DNA of 64,000 bases from an uncultured Candidatus Binatia bacterium (GCA_965242525.1 OZ251459.1:1056001-1120000), one strand, 5' to 3'; shown: positions 27,823 through 38,509, numbered from the stretch's first letter. A program made the numbers and translations. The notes: generated by a model not told the origin, from the letters alone.

Positions 27823-30012
27823 TCAAACCGGAGGCTCCGCGGCCAGCCGCTCCCGGAGGCCGGTCAGGCGGCTGGTGGAGCGGAGGTTCTTCACCGCCAT
27901 CCCCAGGGCCCGGGGTTGTCCGATTACGACCACCAGCCGCTTCCCGCGGGTCACCGCGGTGTACAGCAGGTTGCGTTGCAGCAGCAGGTAGTGCTGCATG
28001 GCCAGCGGGATGACCACCGCGGGGTACTCGGAGCCCTGGCTCTTGTGCACCGAGGTGGCGTAGGCCAGCGCCACTTCGTCCAGCTCCCCGAAGTCGTAGG
28101 GGACCGTGCGGTCGTCGAAGGCCACCTGGACGCTGCCCTCGTCCGGGTCCACCTGCGACACCTGCCCGATGTCCCCGTTGAAGACGTCCTTGTCGTAGTC
28201 GTTGACCGTCTGGATGACCTTGTCCCCGGGCGCGTAGGTCCAGCCGAAACGCTGGACCTGCGGTTCGGCGCCGGCGTTGAGCCGTTTCTGGAGCTCCAGG
28301 TTCAGGGAGCGGGTCCCCAGGCTGCCGCGGTTCATGGGGGTCAGCACCTGGATGTCCCGGATGGGGTTCATGCCGAAGCGCCGGGGGATGCGCTCGGTCA
28401 CCACCTGGAACAGCTTGTCGCAGATATCCTCCGGGGACTCCGCGGGGATGAAGTAGAAGTCCTGCAACTCGGCGCCCTCCCGGGTCTCGATGGGCTCGCC
28501 GGCGTTGATGCGGTGGGCGTTGACCACGATGCTGGAGGAAGCCGCCTGCCGGAAGATCTCCGTCAGCCGCACCGTGGGCACGCGCCCGGACTCGATGACG
28601 TCGTGCAGCACCGCGCCCGGGCCCACCGAGGGGAGCTGGTCCACGTCCCCCACCAGCAGCACCGCGGCATGGGACGGCGCCGCCTTGAGGAGGTGGTTCA
28701 TCAGCAGCACGTCCACCATGGAGACTTCGTCCACGATCAACAGGTCCGCGTCCAGGGGGTCGGCGTCGTTCTTGCGGAAGCCCATCTGCCTGGGGTCGAA
28801 CTCCAGCAGGCGGTGGATGGTCCTGGCCTCGGCGCGGGCGGACTCCGACAGCCGCTTGGCCGCGCGCCCGGTGGGCGCGCACAGCAGCACCTTCCCGATA
28901 CGGCCTTCCAGCAGCGTGAGCAGGCTGTTGACGATGGTGGTCTTGCCCACCCCGGGTCCCCCGGTCAATACCGTGACCTTGCCCTCGAGCACCGTTTCGA
29001 GGGCCTGGCGCTGGGAAGGGGAGAGGGTGACGCCGGTCAGGGCCTCTACCCGCGGCAGGGCGCCGGCGGCCTCCACGCGGCCCCAGGGCGGAAGGCCGGC
29101 GAGCAGGCGCCGGAGGTGGCCGGCCACCCCCGCTTCGGCGTGGTGGAGGGGCGCCAGGAAGACCGCTGGCTCGCCGCGCAGGGGTTCCTCCACCAGGTTG
29201 GCGGCCGCGGTCTCCAGCTCGACGGCCCGTTCCACCAGCTCGGGCGCCACCTCCAGGAGTTGCGAGGTGCGCTCCGCCAGCCCGCGCCGTTCCGCGGCGC
29301 AGTGTCCTTCCGACGACGACTCCCACAGCACGTGGTGCAGGGCGGCCCGCACCCGGATCATGGAATCGGGCGCGATGCCCAGCTTCCGGGCGATGACGTC
29401 CGCGGTGACGAAGCCGATGCCGCCGATGTCCAGGGCCAGGCGGTAGGGGTTGTCCCGGATGCGCCGGACCGCGTCTTCGCCATAGACCCGGTAGATGCGC
29501 GCGGCCCGGGCGCTGCCGATGCCGTGGGAGTGCAGGAAGACCATGATGTCCCGGACCGCCTTCTGCTCGCGCCACGCCTCGGTGACCCGGGCCTGGCGCT
29601 TGGCGCCGATGCCCTCCAGCGACCGGAGCCGTTCCGGCGTCCGTTCGATGACGTCGAACACCTCCGCGCCGAAGGCCTCCACCAACTGGTGCGCGAAGTG
29701 CGGGCCGATGCCCTTGATGAGACCCGACCCCAGGTACTTTTTCACTCCGTCGAGGGTGGTGGGAGGGACGATCTCCAAGGTCTCGGCGCGGAACTGGAGG
29801 CCGTAGGTGGAGTCGTTCACCCAGGCGCCGCGGCAGTCGATCTCTTCGCCCGGACCCACCGACGCGGCGCTGCCCACCACGGTGGCCAGTTCCCGGCGCC
29901 CCCGCACCTTGACCTGCAGGACGCAGAAGCCGGTGTCCTCGCCGTGGAAGGTGATGCGCTCCACCAGCCCCTGCAGGCGTTCTTCCTCGTGTTCGACCGG
30001 GTTGGCCGTCAT
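27823..30012 (-). CDS. recD2: ATP-dependent RecD-like helicase
   Basis: Motifs YLGSGLIKGIGP, NPYRL, GGPGVGKTT, APTGRAAKR, DEVSM, VGDVDQLPSVGPG, HKSQGSEY, YTAVTR. Confidence 0.95.
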   Translation of the reverse strand: MTANPVEHEEERLQGLVERITFHGEDTGFCVLQVKVRGRRELATVVGSAASVGPGEEIDCRGAWVNDSTYGLQFRAETLEIVPPTTLDGVKKYLGSGLIKGIGPHFAHQLVEAFGAEVFDVIERTPERLRSLEGIGAKRQARVTEAWREQKAVRDIMVFLHSHGIGSARAARIYRVYGEDAVRRIRDNPYRLALDIGGIGFVTADVIARKLGIAPDSMIRVRAALHHVLWESSSEGHCAAERRGLAERTSQLLEVAPELVERAVELETAAANLVEEPLRGEPAVFLAPLHHAEAGVAGHLRRLLAGLPPWGRVEAAGALPRVEALTGVTLSPSQRQALETVLEGKVTVLTGGPGVGKTTIVNSLLTLLEGRIGKVLLCAPTGRAAKRLSESARAEARTIHRLLEFDPRQMGFRKNDADPLDADLLIVDEVSMVDVLLMNHLLKAAPSHAAVLLVGDVDQLPSVGPGAVLHDVIESGRVPTVRLTEIFRQAASSSIVVNAHRINAGEPIETREGAELQDFYFIPAESPEDICDKLFQVVTERIPRRFGMNPIRDIQVLTPMNRGSLGTRSLNLELQKRLNAGAEPQVQRFGWTYAPGDKVIQTVNDYDKDVFNGDIGQVSQVDPDEGSVQVAFDDRTVPYDFGELDEVALAYATSVHKSQGSEYPAVVIPLAMQHYLLLQRNLLYTAVTRGKRLVVVIGQPRALGMAVKNLRSTSRLTGLRERLAAEPPV

Positions 30013-30026
30013 GGGCGGGATCCGTT

Positions 30027-30160
30027 GGGGAACGAGCGCGTCCTTCGACTTCGCTTCGCTACGCTCAGGACGAACGGGAACCTTCACTTCGCTACGCTCG
30101 GGATGAACCGGAACCTTCGCTACGCTCGGGATGAACGAGGGGCGTTGTCCGGAGTTTCCT
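30027..30160 (+). mobile_element. MITE family A copy with a triplicated core
   Basis: Three tandem TTCGCTACGCTC(A/G)GGA(C/T)GAAC units. Confidence 0.8.
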
Positions 30161-30322
30161 GACGCCTCGGGAATTCGTGTGGGTTGTGGGACCCTCCACC
30201 CACATGATGAGGTCGCTTCCCTTCCATTCCGTCCATGCCGTCCTCGGTTTGGCGCCGCAGACACCTCACCTCGTCATTCCCGCGAAAGCGGGAATCCATC
30301 CCGCTCGAAAGCCGGAAGAGCC
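30161..30322. mobile_element. MITE family B, degenerate
   Basis: GACGCCTCGGGAATTCGTGTGGGT...CGAAAGCCGGAAGAGCC; flanks AGTTTCCT / GGTTTCCC match at 6 of 8 bases. Confidence 0.75.
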
Positions 30323-30385
30323 GGTTTCCCGATGTATCACGGATCGAGGGTCACGGGTCGGGAGGATGTCCTGCCGGCGCGGACC

Positions 30386-31327
30386 TCATCCGAGATGGGG
30401 GGCCACGTCTTCGGCCAGGAGCTCCAGGTGTTCCATCTCGTCGAAGGCGGGGTTGAGCAACAGGTGGCGGGCGCCGCTGCGCACCAGTTCGTTCAGCCGG
30501 TCGATGACCTCCTGGCGGCCTCCCCAGATGCACACGCGCGCGCCCAGGTCGGCGTTCTGGTAGCGCACCGCGAAGAACTCGCGCAGGCGTCGTTCCGCCC
30601 GGTCCCTGTGAGGATCCACCGCAAGGTAAACCCGCTTGGAGACCGCGAAGGTCGCCGGATCCCTGCCCGCCTCGTCCAGGAGACGGGCGATCCGGTCGTA
30701 CTCCTTGACGAAACGTTGGGTGTCGGACGACCCGGCCCCCATCCAGCCGTCGCCCAGGGCCACGGCCCGCCGCAACGCCGGCTCGGCATGACCGCCGAAC
30801 CACAGCGGCAAGGGCTGCTGCGCGGGCTTGGGTTCCATGGCCACGTCGGTGAAGTCCCAGAACCGTCCCCGGAAGCTGGCCCTTTCGTCCCGCCACAACG
30901 CCTTCATGACCTCGATGCCTTCCACGAAGCGGGTGACCCGGCCCTCCGGGGAATAGCCGAAGACGGTCTCGTCCTCGGGCCACTGCCGTCCCCGGACCCC
31001 GCCCAGGCCCACGCCGACGATGACCCGGCCGCGGCTCAACTGGTCCAGGCTGGCCAGGCTCTTGGCCAGTTGCAGGGGGTTGCGCAGCACCGTGAGCAGC
31101 ACGGAGCTGCCGATCTTCAACCGGGAAGTGACCGCGGCCGCGTAGGTCATGAGGGTCACCGGCTCCAGCATCGAGAAGGGGCTGAGGATCCTCTCCTGGG
31201 TCCAGAGGCTGTCGTAACCGAGCTCTTCGGCCCTGGCCACGAACCTCTTGACGTGATCGGGGTCCACGGGCGCGTCGATGAACACCTGGGGGATCTCGAT
31301 GCCGCAGGGTATGCGGTTCTCCGTCAT
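30386..31327 (-). CDS. LLM-class flavin/F420-dependent oxidoreductase
   Basis: Motifs AEELGYDSLW, LASLDQLSRGR, PKPAQ.PLPLWFGG, ALRRAVALGDGW. Confidence 0.88.
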   Translation of the reverse strand: MTENRIPCGIEIPQVFIDAPVDPDHVKRFVARAEELGYDSLWTQERILSPFSMLEPVTLMTYAAAVTSRLKIGSSVLLTVLRNPLQLAKSLASLDQLSRGRVIVGVGLGGVRGRQWPEDETVFGYSPEGRVTRFVEGIEVMKALWRDERASFRGRFWDFTDVAMEPKPAQQPLPLWFGGHAEPALRRAVALGDGWMGAGSSDTQRFVKEYDRIARLLDEAGRDPATFAVSKRVYLAVDPHRDRAERRLREFFAVRYQNADLGARVCIWGGRQEVIDRLNELVRSGARHLLLNPAFDEMEHLELLAEDVAPHLG

Positions 31328-31490
31328 GTCCTCACCTGAAAGACGCCCGAAGGGAGCGCGTTTCCGTTCCGGCATCTGTATAGGCCATAACCGCGGGGAT
31401 GCCAAGGGAGAGGGTTGTCCGATGCAGGATGCCGCTGAAGGGGTGCGTGATTCCAATGGGGAATCGGAATACGCTGCGAAACCGGTTCGT

Positions 31491-33557
31491 TCATAGGTCC
31501 ATATCTACTACCCAGTGGCGTTGGCCTCGGGTTCCTCCGGGTCGTTGTCCCGTCCAGATGCGGGAGACAGGATAACCGGGGAGTGAAAGGACGGCGACGC
31601 ACTTCCCCTCGAACAGCACGGGGTACAGGAGGAACTGGATGAGGGGATCGTCCGAGCCGTACCATTTGTATTGTGGGGGCAGGTCCTTCGGGTCTTCCAG
31701 GGTCACGTCCACGAAGATCCTTCTCGGGTTCCATCCCGGTATCCATCCCGTTACCAGATCCCCCCAGACGCAGGGCTCCCTGACGAAGGTCAGGGTGTCG
31801 TCATCGAGATAGACATCGAAGCGGGAGCGCGCCGCAGGGTCTCCGGCGGACACTGCCTGTTGGTAGGCGGCCCGGTACCACTCGACGAAATCGGCGATAC
31901 CCGACGAATCATGCAGGAACACCTGTTGGTTCCGGGGTGTGAGCAGGGCGTCGCTCTCCACGCGGTCGGGGGTGACGATGAAGTCCGCGGCGCGGGCGGC
32001 GGCTTCCATGTCGGGGAAGCGTACCAGGACGCTTCCGGCCAGATAGTAGTGCGCCCATGTGATCTCCGGGGACCATTCCGGATTCATGGACTCGAGGACC
32101 AGGACCGCCTTTCCCCGGGTGGTTTCGCGGATGGCCCCGAGTTCGGCCATGGCGGTCCGTTGGGTCTCGGCCGCATGGGCGTCGAGGCCCCATCGTTGAT
32201 CCATCCGGAAGGTGGAGGCCGCGAAGGCGAGCAGGGCCGCGGCGGCAAGGCCGATTACCGGACGAGCCCCCCATCGTTCGCGAACGTACAGCAGGAGCAG
32301 CGAGTAGAACACCAGCGGGACGCCCACGTAGAACAATGCCTCGTGGTTGTGGTGTACGGAATTGTTGCGCATGGGCAGGGCCCAGCAGAACCCGGACAGG
32401 GCGAGGGCGGCCATCAGGAGGCATTGCCGCCCTGGCAACAGCGGCCCCGCAAGGCGAACGAGGGCTGCGGCCGCTCCCACGACCGTCAGCAACGCCAGGA
32501 GGTAAATCGACAACGTCAGCCCCGACATCCCGGGGCCCAGGAAACCCGGGGCCAAAGGGGAAAGGTGGAGAAACCACCCCGCCATGTCGGCTGCCCGATC
32601 GGTGAGCAGGAAGGGAACGGAGGCCACGCAGACGCGAAAGAACTGCTGGCGCAGGAAGCGCACCCACCACTCCACGGCGAAGCTCCGGTCCAGTCCCATG
32701 TGCCTGAGCACGGACTGGAACGACGGCAGTTCGGTCACCGGGGTCTCGCCTCCGAAGGCGGCGTACTCGTTGGCGAAGTTGAAGGTGAGGAGGGCCGCGC
32801 CGAAGAGCAGCGAGGCCAGGCCCAGGGCGGTGTAGCGGCTGCGCAGCACTGCGGCTGCGGCGGAGCGCGCACGGGACCGGAAAGCCGTTCCCTGCTTCCA
32901 GGCCCGGAGGGCTTCCCGGGCCAGCCCCAGGAGGATGAAGGGAAGCAGGAAAGCGTACACGTGCCAACCCAGGAGCAGGGCGACGCCGGTCTTGGCGAGC
33001 AACTGGGGGAAGCGTCCTTCCTGTACGAATACGGCCATGCCGTGGAAGGCCAGCATGACCGCGAACAGGTCCACGCTGCCCTCGGTGGTGACCGCGTCGC
33101 CGTAGAACAGCATGTAGTAGGAAGAGAAGGCCATGAGGGTGGCGGCCAGTGCGATCCAGGGGCGGGAGGTGATGCGCGCGAGGGAGTGGAAAGCGAGGAC
33201 CGCGGCGGCGCTGAACAGGAGGAGCATGAGGATTCGTGCGGTGAGGATCTTTGCGGAGAGGTCGTTTCCGAAGGGGAGGATGGCGAGTTTGAGGAGTGCG
33301 TAACCGCCGACGGGAAAGCGGCTGTACATGTCGTAGGTCGGGGAGCCGCTTGATCCCTGGTGCCGCGCCCGGAACAACCGGAAACCGTGGTCGGGGGACA
33401 GGTTCTCGGCGATGGCCAGGTTCTTCGCGGAAACGTGGGCATGGTGGCCGGGGCGGTAGATGTGTCCCTCGTCCACCACGTACAGGAACGACGTGGACAG
33501 CGCGATCAGCAGCAACAGCAGGGGCAGGCGTCGGGGCCGGAAATCCGGGGGCGTCAT
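31491..33557 (-). CDS. GT-C-like polytopic membrane protein; copy 2
   Basis: Near-identical paralog of 9709-11808; ends VDMDL* where copy 1 continues RTNRFR. Confidence 0.6.
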   Translation of the reverse strand: MTPPDFRPRRLPLLLLLIALSTSFLYVVDEGHIYRPGHHAHVSAKNLAIAENLSPDHGFRLFRARHQGSSGSPTYDMYSRFPVGGYALLKLAILPFGNDLSAKILTARILMLLLFSAAAVLAFHSLARITSRPWIALAATLMAFSSYYMLFYGDAVTTEGSVDLFAVMLAFHGMAVFVQEGRFPQLLAKTGVALLLGWHVYAFLLPFILLGLAREALRAWKQGTAFRSRARSAAAAVLRSRYTALGLASLLFGAALLTFNFANEYAAFGGETPVTELPSFQSVLRHMGLDRSFAVEWWVRFLRQQFFRVCVASVPFLLTDRAADMAGWFLHLSPLAPGFLGPGMSGLTLSIYLLALLTVVGAAAALVRLAGPLLPGRQCLLMAALALSGFCWALPMRNNSVHHNHEALFYVGVPLVFYSLLLLYVRERWGARPVIGLAAAALLAFAASTFRMDQRWGLDAHAAETQRTAMAELGAIRETTRGKAVLVLESMNPEWSPEITWAHYYLAGSVLVRFPDMEAAARAADFIVTPDRVESDALLTPRNQQVFLHDSSGIADFVEWYRAAYQQAVSAGDPAARSRFDVYLDDDTLTFVREPCVWGDLVTGWIPGWNPRRIFVDVTLEDPKDLPPQYKWYGSDDPLIQFLLYPVLFEGKCVAVLSLPGYPVSRIWTGQRPGGTRGQRHWVVDMDL

Positions 33558-33789
33558 GGCATGTATCAGATTCGAAGGCCTCCGCCGGATCATACAACCT
33601 GACGGCCTGTTTGGACAAACTCCCAACGGGAGTCCGAAAGGGCGTGACCCCTCTCTCCTCCAGCGGCATTGCCGAATTGGAATATGCGGGGAGACGGCGC
33701 GCGCGTTCCATCGGAAGCCCGCGGGAACGGTTTGACAACGTCTCCCGGGCGGGCTAATCACGGTGCCAGCAACGAAGGGAAAACCGACC

Positions 33790-34536
33790 ATGACGCTCGA
33801 GGGAAACGTCGCTGTCGTCACCGGGGCAGGGCAGGGGTTGGGCCGGGCCATTACCTTGGTGCTGGCGCGGGCCGGAGCGGCGGTGGCGGCGGCGGACGTG
33901 AACCCGGAGGCGGCCGAAGGCGTCGCCGGGGAAGTCGCGCGGGCCGGGGGAGAGGCACTGGCGGTCCGGGTGGACGTGGCGGACGAGGGTTCGGTCAACG
34001 CCCTGCGGGACCGGGTCCTGGGCCGTTGGGACCGGGTGGACATACTGGTCAACAACGCCGGCCTGTATCCCCACTCCCTGGTGGTGGACATGTCCGAGGA
34101 GGCCTGGGACCGGGTCCTCGACGTGAATGTCGGCGGCCAGTTCCTGTGCGCCCGGGCGTTCGCGCCGGTGATGAAGCGCCAGGGCCGCGGACGCATCATC
34201 TGCACGGCGTCGGCCATCGGCTACAAGGGCGCAGCCGGCTTCGCCCACTACGCCAGCTCCAAGGCCGCGGTGCTGGGGTTCGTGCGCGGGTTGGCGCAGG
34301 AACTGGCGCCCCACGGGATCACCGTGAACTCCCTGGCTCCGGGCACCGCCAACACCGCCATGCCTCGACAGCACCGCTCGGAGGAGTCGCTGCAGGAGCG
34401 GGGCGCCAAGGTCCCCCTCGGGCGCATCGCCGAGCCCGGCGACATCGCCAACGCGGTGGTCTTCCTCGCCGGCGACGCGGCCTCCTACGTCACCGGCCAG
34501 TCGGTCCTGCTCACCGGCGGGGACCTGATGGTGTGA
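33790..34536 (+). CDS. SDR family oxidoreductase (FabG-like)
   Basis: Motifs TGAGQGLG, NNAG, YASSK. Confidence 0.9.
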   Translation: MTLEGNVAVVTGAGQGLGRAITLVLARAGAAVAAADVNPEAAEGVAGEVARAGGEALAVRVDVADEGSVNALRDRVLGRWDRVDILVNNAGLYPHSLVVDMSEEAWDRVLDVNVGGQFLCARAFAPVMKRQGRGRIICTASAIGYKGAAGFAHYASSKAAVLGFVRGLAQELAPHGITVNSLAPGTANTAMPRQHRSEESLQERGAKVPLGRIAEPGDIANAVVFLAGDAASYVTGQSVLLTGGDLMV

Positions 34537-34561
34537 GTCAACCCCGGGAAGGAACGCCCCC

Positions 34562-35713
34562 ATGCTGCGAAAGAAGGTCTGCCTCGTGGGCTACGGCTCC
34601 ACGGAATACTCGCGGAAGTCCGACCGGCCGCTGCTGTCCTATTATGCCGAGGCCATGCAGAACGCCATGGCCCAGACCGGCCTCACCAAGAAGGAGATCC
34701 ACGGCTTCTCCATGGTGACCCAGGCGAGCCCCGACTATTCCCCCTACGTGGCGGAGCAGTTGGGCCTGGAGCTGGACTGGGTGCTCAATGGCGACTGCGG
34801 CGGCGCGGGCGCGGTGTGCGCCGTGCGGCGGGCCGCGGACGCCATCGAGGCGGGGTACCTGGACGTGGCGTTCATCGTGGCGGGCAACGCCTTCGACAAG
34901 AACGTGTCCCACCAGCGGGTGCTGGAGTACCAGCGGGCCAACTTCATCGACGTCTATGGCTACGGCGGTCCCAACACGCTGTTCGCCCTGGTGCAGCGCC
35001 GCCACATGGAACAGTACGGCACCACGCTGGAGCAGGTCGGCAAGATCGCCGCGAGCCAGCGGCAGAACGCCGTGCCCAACCCCCAGGCGCTGCTGCGGAC
35101 GCCCATGAGCATCGAGGACTACCTGAACTCGCGGCTCATCTCCGACCCCATCCGGCTCTTCGACTGCGTGATGCCGTGCTCCGGCGGCGAGTGCGTGGTG
35201 GTGGCATCGGAGGAGCGCGCAAGGCAGATCACCGACAAGCCCGTCTATCTGGTGACGGACGCCGAGAAGATCGGCTTCCAGGCGTCCAACATGCTGCCGG
35301 ACAAGACCACCACGGGCATGAGCGTGGTGGGAGAGCATCTGTTCTCGGAGATGAGCCGGGACAACATCGACGTGCTGGCCATCTACGACGACTATCCCAT
35401 CGCCGTCATGATGCAGCTCGAGGACCTGGGCTACTGCGCCAAGGGCCACGGGGGCCGGTTCGTGGACGACCACGACCTCACCTACGGCGGCGACTTCCCG
35501 GTGAACACCGGCGGCGGCGAGCTGTCGGTGGGGCAGGCGGGGCTGGCCGGGGGCATGCTGCACGTGGTGGAGGCCCTGCGGCAGTTGCGCGGCGAGGCCG
35601 GGGAACGGCAGGTCAAGGCGGCCGAGACCGCCCTGGTCACCGGCATCGGCTGGTTGTCCTACGCGAGGAACCTCAATACCACGGCCGCGATGATCCTGGA
35701 GAGGAGGTCCTGA
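34562..35713 (+). CDS. Thiolase-like protein (SCP-x / lipid-transfer type)
   Basis: Motifs RHMEQYGTT, NPQA, DCVMPCSGG, PVNTGGGELS, EALRQLRGEAGERQV. Confidence 0.85.
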   Translation: MLRKKVCLVGYGSTEYSRKSDRPLLSYYAEAMQNAMAQTGLTKKEIHGFSMVTQASPDYSPYVAEQLGLELDWVLNGDCGGAGAVCAVRRAADAIEAGYLDVAFIVAGNAFDKNVSHQRVLEYQRANFIDVYGYGGPNTLFALVQRRHMEQYGTTLEQVGKIAASQRQNAVPNPQALLRTPMSIEDYLNSRLISDPIRLFDCVMPCSGGECVVVASEERARQITDKPVYLVTDAEKIGFQASNMLPDKTTTGMSVVGEHLFSEMSRDNIDVLAIYDDYPIAVMMQLEDLGYCAKGHGGRFVDDHDLTYGGDFPVNTGGGELSVGQAGLAGGMLHVVEALRQLRGEAGERQVKAAETALVTGIGWLSYARNLNTTAAMILERRS

Positions 35714-36117
35714 TGGCCGGCAAGAGTCTTCCCGTCGTCAACCCCATCGACCGCGGGTTCTGGGAGGGGGCCGCCGCGGGAGAACTGCGGCTCCAGAAGT
35801 GCCGGGCCTGCGGCAGGGTCCAGTTCTTCCCCCGGGCCGTCTGCACCGGTTGCCTCGGCAGCGACCTGGAGTGGGTGGCCGCCAGCGGCAGGGGAAAGGT
35901 CCATACCTTCTCGCTGGTGAGGGTGCCCCGGAACCGGGCGTTCATGGACGAGGTGCCCATCTACTTCGCCGAGGTGGAGCTGGAGGAAGGCGTGCGCATG
36001 GCCACGCGCATCGTGGGGGACAACCGCGACCAGGTGGCCCTGGGCGCTCCGGTGACCCTCACGTTCCTGGACACCGAGGACCCCCAGGTGAAACTGCCGG
36101 TGTTCGAGTTGGCCTGA
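35713..36117 (+). CDS. Zn-ribbon/OB-fold protein (DUF35), thiolase partner
   Basis: FWEGAAAGELRLQKC..C...FFPR.VC..C; VELEEG.RM. Confidence 0.88.
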   Translation: MAGKSLPVVNPIDRGFWEGAAAGELRLQKCRACGRVQFFPRAVCTGCLGSDLEWVAASGRGKVHTFSLVRVPRNRAFMDEVPIYFAEVELEEGVRMATRIVGDNRDQVALGAPVTLTFLDTEDPQVKLPVFELA

Positions 36118-36144
36118 CCGGTCCTCCGGGCCGGCGCGCGTCCC

Positions 36145-36402
36145 ATGGCTACCGTCGAGATCTACCTCAAGGCGTGGTGTCCGTACTGCCGGATGGCCAA
36201 GCGGCTGCTGGAAGGGAAGGGGCAGACGTTCACCGAGTTCGACGTGGAGGCGGACCCCGAGCGCTACCGGGAGATGCTGGACCGGTCGGACGGGCGATGG
36301 ACCGTGCCGGAGATTTTCATCGACGGCGACCTCATCGGAGGCTACGACGAGTTGCGGGCCATGGACTCGGACGGCCGACTCGACCAACGCCTCGAGTCCT
36401 GA
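36145..36402 (+). CDS. grxC: Glutaredoxin 3
   Basis: Motifs CPYC, TVPEIFI, IGGYDEL. Confidence 0.9.
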   Translation: MATVEIYLKAWCPYCRMAKRLLEGKGQTFTEFDVEADPERYREMLDRSDGRWTVPEIFIDGDLIGGYDELRAMDSDGRLDQRLES

Positions 36403-36545
36403 GGAACCGCCGAACGACCCCCCCTCCTTGTTCGTCCTGAGCGTAGCAATTCCCCCGTTCGTCCTGAGCGTAGCGAAGCGAAGTCGAAGGACGCGCTTTC
36501 CCATAGGGGAGAGGCGCATCGAGCCGCAATTGTCCAGAGGTTCCC
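36403..36545 (-). mobile_element. MITE family A copy
   Basis: Duplicated core plus the ATTGTCCAGAGGTTCC end. Confidence 0.8.
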
Positions 36546-36550
36546 TGAGA

Positions 36551-38059
36551 CTACTCCCCGCGGTGGATGAAGTCCGCCACCCGCTCCCCGATCATCATGC
36601 AGGTCACGTTGGTGTTGGCGTGGGTCACGGTGGGCATGATGGAGGCGTCCGCCACCCGCAGGTTGTCGATGCCGTGGACCCGCAGGCGTTCGTCCACCAC
36701 GGTCATGGGGTCGGAGGCGGGTCCCATGAGGCAGGTCCCCGCGGCGTGGTGGTAGCTGTCGAACGCGGTGCGCGCGAACCTGGCCCAGTCGTCGCCCCGG
36801 CGGGGCTGGATGGGCGGTCCGTAGTATTCGGGCATGTCCCCCGTCCGGGTCAGCAGGTCCAGGAACTCCATGGTGGCCGCCATGGCCGCGATGTCCCCCG
36901 GGTGCTCCAGCATGCGGGCGTCCACCCCCGGAAGCTCGTGGGGGTCCGCGCTCTGGAGGAACACCCGGCCGCGGTTGCGCTGCTCCAGCAGCGCCGCGGA
37001 GACGTTCAGGATCCGCCCGACGCCGTCCAGCACCGTCGGGGGCCGCATGAAGACATGGAAATCGCCGGTCTCCCGTGACGGGTCGCTCCGGGTCACCAGC
37101 CGGAAGGGCGGCACCACCCAGTCCACCTCGAAGGCGCCGCGGCCCTCGAAGCCCATGTGCAGCATGGCGTGGTCCTGGTAGTTCTCGCCCACGCCGGGGC
37201 GGTCGTGGAGCACCTCGATGCCGTGCCGCCGCAACTCCGGGGCCGGGCCGATGCCCGACAGCATCATGACGTGGGGGCTGTGGAAGGCCCCCGCGGTGAG
37301 CACCACCTCGGCCCCCTGCGCGGTCTCGCGCCGGCCGTTCCGCTCGTAGTTCACACCGGTGACGCGGTTCCCCGACAAAGACAGGGACGTCACCGGGGCG
37401 TCGGCCGCCACCGTGAGGTTGGGCCGGCCCCGGGCGGCGTCGAGGTAGGCCACGGTGGTGGACTGCCGCATGCCGTCCCTGACGTTGAAGGGCGAGGTGC
37501 AGACCCCCCACGGGTTCGGGTCGTTCAGGTCGCCTTCCGGCAGTCCGAGGCTCCGGGCCGCGTCCATGAAAGCCTGCACCGGCCGCACCGCCTCCTGGCC
37601 GAAACGGTAGGGGCGCCGGAAGTACAGGGGGCCGCCGTGGCCGTGGTCGGGGCTGTCGGGATGGTCCCGGTCGTCCTCCAGTCGCTTCAGGAAAGGCAGC
37701 ACATGCTCCCACGCCCACCCGGGGTTCCCGGCCGCGGCCCACGCGTCCATGTCGGCCCTGATGGGCCGGATGACCGACATCACGTTGACCGAGGAGCCGC
37801 CCCCCATGATCTTGCCGGCCAGGGAATAGAAGACGCTCCCGTCCAACCCGCGCCTGGTGGGGTACATGTTGACGTAGGGGGTCTCCAGCAGCAGCCGCTC
37901 CCGTTTGGACGCCTCCGCCACCACGTCGGGGATGGGCCGCGGGTCCGGCCCCGCTTCCAGCAGCAGCACTTTGCGCTTCGGGTCCTCGGAAAGCCGCGCC
38001 GCGGCCGCGCAGCCCGCGGAGCCGCCTCCCACCAGGATCACGTCGTAACCGTTCGCCAT
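36551..38059 (-). CDS. GMC family oxidoreductase (choline dehydrogenase-like)
   Basis: Motifs GGGSAG, GKIMGGGSSVN, LSGIGP, GVGENYQDH, LRVADASIMP, ANTN. Confidence 0.9.
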   Translation of the reverse strand: MANGYDVILVGGGSAGCAAAARLSEDPKRKVLLLEAGPDPRPIPDVVAEASKRERLLLETPYVNMYPTRRGLDGSVFYSLAGKIMGGGSSVNVMSVIRPIRADMDAWAAAGNPGWAWEHVLPFLKRLEDDRDHPDSPDHGHGGPLYFRRPYRFGQEAVRPVQAFMDAARSLGLPEGDLNDPNPWGVCTSPFNVRDGMRQSTTVAYLDAARGRPNLTVAADAPVTSLSLSGNRVTGVNYERNGRRETAQGAEVVLTAGAFHSPHVMMLSGIGPAPELRRHGIEVLHDRPGVGENYQDHAMLHMGFEGRGAFEVDWVVPPFRLVTRSDPSRETGDFHVFMRPPTVLDGVGRILNVSAALLEQRNRGRVFLQSADPHELPGVDARMLEHPGDIAAMAATMEFLDLLTRTGDMPEYYGPPIQPRRGDDWARFARTAFDSYHHAAGTCLMGPASDPMTVVDERLRVHGIDNLRVADASIMPTVTHANTNVTCMMIGERVADFIHRGE

Positions 38060-38199
38060 GGAATCCCCTTGCGTGGTTTCGATGCTGCGTACCCATACCA
38101 AGCCCGGCGGCGCCGTTCAAGAACGCCCGCATGCAGACCGGAAGACGAGGGCAGGGCGAGGGCGGGATGTGGGGACTGCATACGATGGGGGCCGGGCAG

Positions 38200-38344
38200 A
38201 AGCGGTTCGACGACGTTGATGAACGTCGGGAGCGGGCTCTCCTTCCGAAAGGGAGCCCGCTTTTCTTTGACCGATCCGACCGAGGCAAGCCCATGTCGAA
38301 ACAACCTTCAGGGATCATCTCCGGCTACCACGCCCACGTCTATT
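38200..38344 (+). repeat. 145-bp direct repeat, copy 1 (hairpin, terminator and first 17 codons of the dioxygenase gene)
   Basis: Matches 41492-41636 with 6 mismatches counted by eye. Confidence 0.95.
38231..38268 (+). terminator. Intrinsic terminator (duplicate copy)
   Basis: AGCGGGCTC...GAGCCCGCT followed by TTTCTTT. Confidence 0.75.
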
Positions 38345-38350
38345 CTCCCC

Positions 38351-38380
38351 TTGACACGCGCCGGGATTTGTGTGTAGATG
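38351..38380 (+). promoter_or_regulatory. Possible sigma70 promoter upstream of the autotransporter leader
   Basis: Perfect TTGACA, 18-nt spacer, imperfect -10 TAGATG. Confidence 0.4.
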
Positions 38381-38485
38381 CTTCCGGCAAGCTCAGGTCG
38401 GTTGACGTAACCCGACCGGAACCCATGGCAGGTTCGAAGATCACTCCCGCACAAGACCGTACGGCTCTCCACGAGAGGCAACCTG

Positions 38486-38509
38486 CCCCCCCCCCCCCCC
38501 CCCCCCCCC
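38486..38509. repeat. Poly-C tract (C24)
   Basis: 24 consecutive C residues. Confidence 0.9.

Noticed and set aside
38455-38480. Guanidine-II (mini-ykkC) riboswitch
   Set aside because: ACGG and ACGA are present but do not cap two proper stems, and the downstream gene is unrelated.
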